From Amoebophrya sp. A120 (taxonomy: Eukaryota > Protista > Dinoflagellata): 64,000 nucleotides of DNA. The DNA lies in the NCBI GenBank assembly GCA_905178155.1, contig CAJINV010000005.1, positions 4,629,556 to 4,693,555 of the forward strand. Direction: 5' to 3'. How positions within the stretch are numbered: the stretch's first letter is position 1; every line of letters begins with the position of its first letter. The translations under genes were made by a program, and so were the position numbers. The notes under the pieces were generated by a model that saw only the letters and a program-made list of their open reading frames with translations, searched no databases and had not been told where the DNA came from. This document shows positions 37,901 to 48,208 of this stretch, in pieces.

Positions 37901-40900
37901 CTGTGAATCGGTTCAGCACGTCCGAGGAAGGGTCGTAGTTGGCTGTTCCATTATACGACCTTGGGTTAGTATCGNNNNNNNNNNNNNNNNNNNNNNNNNN
38001 NNNNNNNNNNNNNNNNNNNNNNNNNNNNNNNNNNNNNNNNNNNNNNNNNNNNNNNNNNNNNNNNNNNNNNNNNNAAATCACCCCTGACAGGTTGCGACTA
38101 GTACCCATACTAGTGCGTCGATATCAGATCGCAAACACATAGTGACACGTAGTCACTTAGTACTGCTAGTACTTGTTCCCATCGCGTTTACGTCTGTAGT
38201 TCTATCGTGCGTCTAGGTTTCTAACAATCACAGTGAAACACTTTTTTTGTGGGATAGTTAGTCACGGCACCGCGCCAAACGGCCAACGGCGTGCCGTGCC
38301 CCGGGGTGCCCACCCATTTTGCTGGCTGCTTCGAAAGCCACTTCTTGGTTACCTTTATTCAAAGGAAAAATGATTTAACATTTTCAGAAGTAAAAATCCC
38401 ATCAATGCGTTTTTTGACAAAAAAATTTTGCATTCGAGGAATTGTAAGTGAATTTTCGATACTATGCTTTTTCCTTACGATAAAAGCCAGTTCTAGTACT
38501 TGGTTAATACCTCAGATATATCAAATGTAAAAATGTCTGGGTCCGGAAGAATGCAAGATTTGTCATGCATATTTCTCATGACCCATGATGCCTGTAATGC
38601 TTGAACTAGCATCGCAGACTTTTAGAGGGCTTCCTGATGCACCTTCCGCATGAGAAATGGCCTGTCTATGTAGCAAAAAATGTAACCATTTTGCTGGTCA
38701 TGCAATACAATTTTTTTTAGAGTCCAAAAACAGCATGACAAGTTCCAATCTTCCAGACCCAGACATTTTTGCATTTGATAAGATAAATTCACTCCGAGCT
38801 CCACCCGCTCCGCGTGCCAGCAATTGTCCCGCTGGTCATGACCCAGCATAGGCACGCACAGCACCGGCACTGCGTACCCAATGGCTTCGGACAAGCTCGC
38901 GCCGCCGCCATGGCAGGCGTAGAAGGTCTTGTATTCGTTTTCCCGCAACATTTGGAAGAGTTCCTTTTGCGGGGACCGGCTCACGAAGAAAAACAGGTTT
39001 TCGTTGCTTTCTTCCTGCTGCAACCGGTTCAGTTCCCGGGAAATCAGCTTGTCGCTGCTACCCTCGTCTTCCGGGAGAAAGTGCACACTGCTGGAATCCG
39101 CGACAAATGTCGGCGGCACGACCATGTAGAGGGCGACCCCTCGCGGCTTCAGATGCGTTTTCCACTCCTGGAGCAGTTCCCGGACTGCCTCCACCGCGAA
39201 TTGATAGCCTTGCGAACCCATCGCGAAATAGAGAACTCCGCCCACAGGATTTTCGTTTCTTTTCAATTTCTCCAGCACGACTTGAACCTCCGGAGACCAG
39301 GTCGTTTGTGAAGATGTAGTTGAGTTGATCGTCGGCAGTTCGGTCACCAATGCGACGCGCACCTCTCCCCTCACATCCGCCTTGACCATGGGAAAGCTTT
39401 GTATTTTCTGGGTCATCAAGTTCGCGAGGAGCTTTTCGGAGTCTACATCTGGGGTGCTATATTTTTGGGCATCCAAATAATCTGGGTGCAGTGCGAGGTT
39501 GGTTCTTCCCTCGGCGTTCCAGGAGTGCTCCCAGTTTAAAAAGTGGACGCCAAATATCGTACGAAAAAAGCGAGTTTCACTGTAAGAATTTTGTTTTTGC
39601 AAGTTTTGCATAATACAGGTTCGTGGCTCCTACACATGACCAAGAAATAAACTTGCCATGCGTGCTTCCTAAGGCAAAACACGTTGAAAATCCCAAGAAT
39701 GTCTTGCATGTGTAGCAAGACAAATTAAGTTGTGTGCTCAGTTCTATGCATCACAAGTTCACAGTGAAGCAGTTTTTTCGTGCGATACCAAAAGACGGGA
39801 ACACGACACTCGTCTCGCGACTTCTCATCCATGTTTTGTGCCGGGAGCACGAGAAGTAGGATCCGAACCAAACCAACCCCGGAACCTTGAAGTTCCAAAT
39901 CAGCTTGGCCACCACCGTCGCCAGGTTGTCGCCGGGCCACACATTGGTGTCGGTCACCGCAAAATCCACGGGGCCCAGGCTGTCCGCCCCGAAAATGTGT
40001 TTTGTCAAAAACTGGCGCGGCCAGTCTCGGTTGTCTTGTTCGCGGAAAACCCAAGTAGAGCCCTCCGGATTTTCACCCGCGTCCGTCAAAAACAAACGCG
40101 GCAACATCTGTCGCACCGCGGTGTTGCTTTTCACACTCCAAAAGTATCTTCGGGGGCGGCAGGGCACGAACTCCACTCCGGCGGCGCCGAGGCTCTTCAT
40201 CTCGCTTTCGGACACAGCAAAGTCCCAAATAACACTAACATTCTCCGACTTCCTCTCCGTCCAGACCTTCCCGTTGTGCTGCAGCCGATCGTACTTTCTC
40301 AGTTGTTTCGCAAGATAGGTCTTGTCTCCCTCGAGGGCAGGATCTGGAAGATCTCCTTCCACATCGCTGCTCGCCGCTGCCGCTGGTGGTAGCAGCTGAT
40401 CCGCATACACAATCACCCGCTCGCCGGTCGCCGGATCCTTTTTCTGTATCAACTTTCCCACCGGGCCAACAAAGGTGACTTTAACGTGCGCCGTTTTTGC
40501 CAGCTGCTTCATCAAGTTATACGCGCCTGTCAGGGTGGTTTTTCCGAACGTTTCGAAGAAAATGTGCACCGGACGCACCGCTCTAGTACTATAATTCGCT
40601 CTTGTTGTTGTTTTTCCACCCGGAACCACGGAAGTAGACAACAGGCCTCCAACTGTTCTTGAGCCAGCAGGTTCTGCCTGGAGGCCTGGAACCCACGATT
40701 GCGCCATCGCTTCGTAGTCCTGCGTATCAACTGCAAATATATCTGGGTCTGGGAGAGTGGGAATGCAACTTGTGATGCTGCATTTGGATTCCAACAAAAT
40801 CTGTATTGCATGGGCAGCAAAGGGAGTGTGATTTTTGCTACGCGGAGAGTGCAAGCATGTGTCATGCGGAATACGCTGCATCAAGATCATGCTCTCAAAA

Positions 40901-41796
40901 AATCTAATCTGTGATGCTAGGGCATGCATCACGGACATCATGGCTCATGCAGAACGTGCATCACAAGCCTGGCAATCTTCCAGACCCAGACCCTTTTGCA
41001 TTTGATACTCCGCACTGCAGCGGAAGACGTCGCCGACATCGGTCCATCCCCCCTGTGGACGCAGTTCCTCCTATCCTGAGTAAAAACGTACCCACGCCAG
41101 AGTTGTAATGCAGATTTGCAAAGACAGGAAGGCTTGTAATGTGCATCCCCATGAGAGCCATTTCCAATCGTGTTTTGGAATTTGTGGTGCCATGAACAGG
41201 ATGAGCAGATGAATTTGTGATGCGGCTGCACTTGCTAACCAGCACTACACTGCAGAGTGCAATTTGTCATGCGTGACTCCCAAAACTCCTAGGTTTGTGT
41301 TGCAAAATCCCCATCTTGACTCTGGTGTGGGTACGTTTTTACTCAGGATAAGGAGAGGCTCTTCTGCCCCCCTGGCCAAGCCACTCCCTCGCTTTCGTTT
41401 TCCTGCCCCGCGCTTTATCAAATGTAAAAATGTCTGGGTCTGGAAGATTGCGAGATTTGTCATGCATATTTCGGATCACGCAAAAGGCGTCTGATGCGGG
41501 CAAAAGCATCACAAGTTTTGAACACGCCTCATGATGCCTGTCCCGCATGAGAAACTTCCTACTTGCGTGCCAAAAATTGGACTGCTTTTGGCGCTCATGC
41601 AACACAAATTTTTGTGTGTTCCACAGTTTGCATCGCAAGTTCCAACTCTTCCAGACCCAGACATTTTTACATTTGATATCACGCTTTGTTGGACTACAAT
41701 GACGACAGTCACAACAACAGCGATAAGGACGGCTCCCCCTACCGCGACCAGCGCAGCAATCGCCCAGCAGGGCAATCCACGACGAGACGTATCCAT
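34996..41796 (-). CDS. ~1490-aa protein: N-terminal TM anchor + UDP-glycosyltransferase (GT1/UGT) domain + C-terminal protein-kinase-like domain; 9 introns
   Basis: UGT signature FYACHGGGASLSEAIGYAVPVLCVPMLGHDQRDN (38820-38930), LYFAMGS, SPQKELF; kinase-like KYIVK, GFLYLDLHGLNMLV, VSLVDY; exons join in frame including across the N gap; phase of the first two introns ambiguous. Confidence 0.75.
35986..36232. mobile_element. Introner, family E
   Basis: 32-bp TIR; perfect TSD CGTCG. Confidence 0.92.
37619..37897. mobile_element. Introner, family E (opposite orientation to 35986)
   Basis: TIR; perfect TSD GGTCT. Confidence 0.92.
37970..38256. mobile_element. Introner, family D, containing the assembly gap
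   Basis: GTTAG+TATCG before the gap; CACAGTGAAACACTTTTTTTGTGGGATA+GTTAG after it. Confidence 0.8.
37975..38074. other. Assembly gap (100 N)
   Basis: Run of N. Confidence 0.99.
38353..38510 (-). other. Candidate canonical GT-AG intron flanked by AGGTA direct repeat
   Basis: GAG|GTATTA...AATAAAG|GTA; removal skips a TAG and gives LSE|VTKKWLSKQPAKW. Confidence 0.65.
38519..38780. mobile_element. Introner, family A
   Basis: TIRs; perfect TSD AGATA. Confidence 0.92.
39555..39787. mobile_element. Introner, family D
   Basis: TIRs; perfect TSD CCAAA; SFG|VHF. Confidence 0.9.
40725..41007. mobile_element. Introner, family A
   Basis: TIRs; TSD CTGCG/CTCCG. Confidence 0.88.
41072..41350. mobile_element. 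Introner, family E, no TSD
   Basis: Clear TIRs; flanks CCTCC/AGGAG unmatched. Confidence 0.85.
41416..41678. mobile_element. Introner, family A; TSD offset by 3 nt; possible GT-AG borders 41682/41413
   Basis: TIRs; CGCTT at 41411-41415 and 41682-41686. Confidence 0.85.
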
Positions 41797-41908
41797 TGGA
41801 AAAATGTAGCGGTCCTCACAGGGGTCGACGAATTCGAATCTACTATAAGCACTTAATTATAAACTCGGTTAGTCTTGTTCACACCAAAAACTTCTGTACA
41901 TTTGCTTG

Positions 41909-43374
41909 GGCAGCAGGAAAGATGAGCGATGACCTTGGGAGATTTTTGTATAGAGACGAAATAGAGGAGGAGGAGGATCCTTCACACCTGTTTTTAGCTA
42001 TACATATTGCTATCAAGTGGAACATGATGTCGCAGACCACCCGGAATAGGTGATCTTCAGCACTGTTCTTATCCCTAAAGAAATTCGCAGCATACCGTCG
42101 CGATTTGCCTTTTTTTTTGCGCCAACGCAGGCGCTGCAGTTTTTATGGTCGCGCCTGCGTAGAAGTGCTGTTGCCTCCCCTGGTGGGTTTTTGCACGCGG
42201 CCCAGGCGTCGTTCTAGAGGAACCAGCAGGCATTTCAGCACCCCGGCGAAGCTAGGCATAGACTAATGAGGCCCCCCCACTGCGCAGATCGACGCGCCCA
42301 GCGGGCACTCACAACACAGCCATCCGCCGCAGGCGAGCATCTTTTCCGCGGCCCCGGGCCCTACGTACTCGCGACCCAAAAAAGGCCGCAAGCCGGCTTG
42401 TGCGGACTTGGTGCGCAGGCCCCTCGTGACCTCTTGGAACTCATCAAGCGCAACCCAATCTCCCACCCACCGCCCCACTCACTCACCGTTGGCACCGCTT
42501 TCTGTTCCCATCTATGCACGGAGATGATTGGACGATCAGAATTGAAGCTTCTCCTCCAGATGTTCCCGCTCTCGCAAAAATGCTGTTCTTATCCTCCAAA
42601 TGGTGCATAGATAAGAACATGTTTGTAACGACCTAAAAATGGTGTTCTTATCTATGCACGAACAGGAGGGATAAGAACAGCATTTTTGAGAGAGCGGGAA
42701 CATCTGGAGGAGAAGCTTCAATTCTGATCGTCCAATCATCTCCGTGCATAGATGAGAACTTCTTTATCTATGCACGGAGTTGGAGGATAAGAACAACAGA
42801 AAACGAGAGCGGGAACATTTGGAGCCGAAGCTACAACTCTGCTTCATCCCAAAACACCGCAGCAGGTCGGTGCAGTAGTGTTCTTTTCTATGCACGAGCG
42901 GGAACGTGCGCAGCTGAAGCAGCATCTTTGCTTCGTGGACCTGGTCCCATAGCCATATACATATCATTTTATAGAGCCAGCGCCCCACCGGTCCTAATTT
43001 AGGACCGACGGCACGGCGCAGGCACCAAAGACAACACCGGAGGGGCCATCATCTGCTGCTTGACACAAAGAGAGACGAGTGGGCGCGCACACTGCCGCGG
43101 CCCGGTGCGACCGCCGGCGTAGCCCCGGCTTGGGGGGGATCTTTGGGGAAAAAAAGAGCCCCTCCAAGCTGGGGCATCAGCTCGCACCCAGGCGCGCGAA
43201 CTTGGACACAGTGGCCGGCGGTTATTCTGTCAACGCGCAGCGCGTTCCCTGGCGCATGCGCTGGGGCTGCGCTAAGCACGAAAGCGCGACCCTCTGGAGG
43301 ATTTTGTCATGGCAGCAGGAAAGCGCGACCCTCTGGCAGCAGGAAAGATGAGCGATGACCTTGGGAGATTTTTG
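41909..43374. repeat. 1.39-kb segment between identical 40-bp direct repeats
   Basis: GGCAGCAGGAAAGATGAGCGATGACCTTGGGAGATTTTTG at 41909-41948 and 43335-43374. Confidence 0.75.
42504..42759. repeat. 256-bp near-perfect palindrome (foldback)
   Basis: Arms 42504-42619/42643-42759; same ORF text on both strands (MIGRSELKLLLQMFPLSQKCCSYP). Confidence 0.9.
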
Positions 43375-44908
43375 ATGCAGAAAAGGAGAAATAGGCAATT
43401 GGGATTAAAGGGTCTTCTGTCTTCTCTTCGAAGCCTAGATGTAAAATTTGCCGTCGATTTTTTGTAAAATTGGGGGCGGTGTGGGGGGTCGATTTCCGCA
43501 AATTCAAATAAACCTGTGCCCATGCTAGTGCTACAAATTATACAAGTAAATCTTACAAGGGGTACAGGCGGTTTCAAGTTTTCTACTGGTAAAAATCTGA
43601 AAAATGTGTGCAATTTCTTGTTACGCAAGACAAATAAAAGGCTTGAAATGTAAATAGGTGCGACGAGATTGCTACAAACCTAGACGCACGATCAACAAAT
43701 AAATAAGCAGATAACACGACGTGCGCAAGTTCAAGTACTACTACTATGTGCTTGCGTAGCACGATGTTAGTAAAAATGATAGACGTACTAGGATGTGCAC
43801 TAGTTGCAACCTGTGGGGATAGGCATGGTAGCAAGAGGATGGGCAATATGCATGACCAACAGGATGGCTACGGCTATCGGAGAATGATCATGGATTTCAG
43901 ATCGAGGGCACTACAAACCCGGGGGATTTGACACCAGACCAGATGTGCACGGCGATTTCCGTCGTGTTATGCTTCTGATCGTCGCTAGGTCATTAATAAG
44001 ATTCCGATCCATCAAACATCTTCATATAATTAGTTGTGGACTCGGTAATATCAAAAACAATCATCCTTGTTGGAATCTCTTCTGGAAATCGAAATGCTTC
44101 TTATTCTTTCGGATGAATATAATTGGCCGCATGACAACTCGATCGGCATGTTCTTGTTCTTTACGCCATAATAAGTAGGCACAAACTATCAGACAAATGC
44201 CTCGATTTTTCGTCATGACATGTGGACGCGAAAAGGAAAAAACGCAGAACGCGTCTTCTCCCAAAAATCGCTAGTTGAATGGTCCGACTCGTCATCCAAA
44301 AAATTTGTCTCATCATAAATTAATTGTGTATTATTGCAGATCACGCATCAGAAACTTGGTTTTTTCGGATCATCATGCGGCTTGACAAATTCATCATGCA
44401 GGCCTTGATCTGTTGTTCCTACCGCCGGATCGATCTTTGTTTTTGTATAAGAGAAAACCAAAGGATTTTGCTGCACACGACTCACGATCATGGAGGATCC
44501 ATTTACAACTTGAACTTCTTGAGCTTATCACTTTCATTTGATCTCAATGACCGTCAACGATCTCCACGAAAGTTGTATCTCTGATCTCCCTGGAAATGAC
44601 CGGTGTCCGAAGCTAGTACAACTTCAGATTGCAATATTGGGAGATGAGTCACAACTTATCAGAGCTTCACCATGACAACCCCACAATGATGGTGCAGAGG
44701 AACCTCTCAACTGCACACGGGCGGCCCTCGTGCAGGAGCCGCCATCTCCTAGCATCTGAAAAATACTCAGTCTCGTCCACCATCCAGGATCATTTATTAC
44801 TTATTTGGATTTGCATTTCTAATTGGATCAGATCTTCTTTGACGCGTATCAAAGTCTGGCCTGGGAGGTGCGACTGCGAGTGCGATCTCTTTGAAAATGC
44901 ATGCACGA

Positions 44909-45717
44909 CCCTTCGAGGCTCTGGTCTACGGATCTGTCCAGAGCGGTCCCGTCGCCAAGCCTTGCTGAGGGTCCTCTACTCGGAGCTCTGGCTAGGTGTA
45001 CGGTCCCGAAACGACGAAAACCGCGCGGAATTTACCAACCTCCGATACTCGGTTCCGAACATCCAGCCAGATCTTGACATTGGCGCACGATGGCGCTACC
45101 TACACTGCGACGGCGCATTAGCTGTCGAACATGGGAAAAAAAACCTCTGCGAATCTATTGGGAAACTTCGCCCGAGTTTGTCCCCCTCCGCAGATGCCAA
45201 CTGATCGGCCTCTTCGGGAGGGGTAGTTACATCGGGATTGGCGATTTTTTTGGGGGGTGTTTCGTAGGCCATTTTGCCGGCCACTTCGCGGGCCCTTTGG
45301 GGGCCCTGTGTTGGGGCAGGCCTGCGTGCCCGTTACTCTTTTCGCTGCGGTCCGCAGCAGGTGGCCTCCGCACTTGCGTATTGCGAACTCGTTCGCAAAT
45401 TCGCAGTAGACACCGAACGTCATGAGATGGCCCACCTACTGTTTCAACCGGAGTAGATGACTTTGCGCACAACCAGAAACATGTCCGAGCTCGCCACGAC
45501 GTACCGATAGCGCTCCGGACAGATCCGTGGGCCAGCCCTTCGTGGAAGACGAGCAAGCTACTACCTCTGAGTTAGACAACTGGTAACGCATGCAAAATTC
45601 CACCTAGTTTGATTAGCTAACTCTATCTAGTTTGGTATAGCTAGTTGCCGACGTGCCGCACAAACATCAAAAAAAAAATTCTAGTACTTTTGAAAAAGCT
45701 ACTTTAGGCGCGCCATA
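44909..45717. mobile_element. 809-bp insertion flanked by identical 47-bp direct repeats
   Basis: DR 44862-44908/45718-45764; diverged homologous locus without insert at ~60110-60335. Confidence 0.7.
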
Positions 45718-46282
45718 TGGGAGGTGCGACTGCGAGTGCGATCTCTTTGAAAATGCATGCACGATCATTCTGATCAAGCACACGACCGAATAAGAACTGC
45801 AAAAAAAAACCGACAAGGAGCTTCAAAAACATAATTATCTTGATCATCTTCTTCTTTCCTTTGCATTGCAGCTATAGGAGGTGTCAACAAAAAGCTCTTG
45901 TCTTTCCTGGTCTGATACCAACACGAACGGGGTAGCGATTTTTCTGATGAAGACCAGGTGGAAATAAACAAGACCACTGCCCGCATTTCTTCTTTCACTG
46001 TTCCTCGGACCACCACGAAGGCGTATGTTGTAGTCGTCCCCGCAAAGCTGCAACTAGAAATGTGTTCAGTTCTGATGTCATCCTCGGTTTGAAAAAAAAA
46101 ACGACATTTTCAGCGGAGGTCGCTGCTTCCATCATTTTCATTTCAGCTCGTCGAAAGTGCTGGGGCGTAAGACCAAAACCGAGGAGCTCGGGTGGTGGTC
46201 TTACGTGACATAAACATCATCGGAGTGATGTTTAGTAAAGTCAGAAAAACTACATGTACTACCTTTCATCATACACGACATG

Positions 46283-47472
46283 ACTTCATCATACAGCACG
46301 ACATAAAAATGTAAAATAAAGACGCAACAAGTGAAGACGATCCCGATCCCCTGCACGCTTTTGCTGCGTCCTCAAATCACAAGGAAAATATACGTACAGC
46401 GGCAGTGGAGTTCTCGGTTAAAATAAAAATATACTTTTTTTTGTGTGCCGCGAGATGAACAAATACTCCTCCTACAACTACTTCTCTTGGTAGTTGTACA
46501 AGAGGTGTGATGCACGAAATTATCGCGTAGAAGATCTACGCAGCTGCAATGTAAATTCTGCAGAGGAAACCCTCAACTGCTGCATTCTTTAAAAACAGTA
46601 GTGTTGCATTTTTTAAAAAGTTTCACAATCATACACGTACTTCTCAAATAAAGTGCTTGGTCTATCCTTCCTTTTCTCTCTTGGTCGTGTTTGCAGTTGC
46701 TAGTTGCCCGCAGGTCAGTCCCTAGTCTTTTAGAAAATATAACTTCATCATACAGCACGACATAAAAATGTAAAATAAAGACGCAACAAGTGAAGACGAT
46801 CCCGATCCCCTGCACGCTTTTGCTGCGTCCTCAAATCACAAGGAAAATATACGTACAGCGGCAGTGGAGTTCTCGGTTAAAATAAAAATATACTTTTTTT
46901 TGTGTGCCGCGAGATGAACAAATACTCCTCCTACAACTACTTCTCTTGGTAGTTGTACAAGAGGTGTGATGCACGAAATTATCGCGTAGAAGATCTACGC
47001 AGCTGCAATGTAAATTCTGCAGAGGAAACCCTCAACTGCTGCATTCTTTAAAAACAGTAGTGTTGCATTTTTTAAAAAGTTTCACAATCATACACGTACT
47101 TCTCAAATAAAGTGCTTGGTCTATCCTTCCTTTTCTCTCTTGGTCGTGTTTGCAGTTGCTAGTTGCCCGCAGGTCAGTCCCTAGTCTTTTAGAAAATATA
47201 ACTTCATCATACAGCACGACATAAAAATGTAAAATAAAGACGCAACAAGTGAAGACGATCCCGATCCCCTGCACGCTTTTGCTGCGTCCTCAAATCACAA
47301 GGAAAATATACGTACAGCGGCAGTGGAGTTCTCGGTTAAAATAAAAATATACTTTTTTTTGTGTGCCGCGAGATGAACAAATACTCCTCCTACAACTACT
47401 TCTCTTGGTAGTTGTACAAGAGGTGTGATGCACGAAATTATCGCGTAGAAGATCTACGCAGCTGCAATGTAA
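46283..47472. repeat. 459-bp tandem repeat, ~2.6 copies
   Basis: Unit starts at 46283, 46742, 47201; apparently identical copies. Confidence 0.92.
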
Positions 47473-48208
47473 CTTCTGAATTCTTGAAAGAACTGTAGCT
47501 CCTAGAGATGTTGAACTGTACTAGCGGCCACGACTTGGGTAGGGAGCCACTCGGGAGGCGGAGGTCGTGAGCTACGAATGAATTCTGTTGACTAGTTGGC
47601 TTTACTCCCTGTCGCCCGCTACGAGGCAGCTCTTGGGTCAACGTTGAGAGTAGAAATCATCTGATGTGCTGTGCTCGCTTCTTTTTAAAGGCGTCGAGCG
47701 GGTTGTTGTATAAAACTGTAGTTTTAGATGAACTTTGTTGTACTACTTGTACTTACGTGGGTAGAAGAAGTTCTATAATTTTCATTTGAGAGTAGAAGTC
47801 TGAGACTAGAAAGTTTCAACGTGGTGAGCAGTAGTCACTGCGATTCGGTAAAATAAACCTTTGGTTGCTGAAGGACAGCACACAGCAGTCATTGTCGTAA
47901 AAATAAAGTAAATTTGGATTGGAACTACGGCAACTTTGCCGGAAAAATCCTTTTGGTTTCTCCACTTGGAGTTGGATCATGTCGATGTTGTAGCGAAAAA
48001 AATGCGTCAGAATAAAGAACCTTTTTAACCAGTAAAGACCTTGAGTGCAGCGTCAGAAAGAACGAATCTCCTCATGAGGATCAACATCTTGTAGCCGGGG
48101 ATCATTAACGTCATCGGCTCCTTCTCCGAGGACAATAGGTAAGAAGTTATCTCCGTTCGATGGCATTCGAGTAGAAGGACCTCTGAAGATGTCCCGTGAA
48201 GATTAACA

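Noticed and set aside
45263-45280. CGTAGGCCATTTTG resembling the dinoflagellate spliced leader (CCGTAGCCATTTTGGCTCAAG)
   Set aside because: Only ~13 nt match with an indel, the 3' GCTCAAG is missing and it is not upstream of a gene; compatible with chance.
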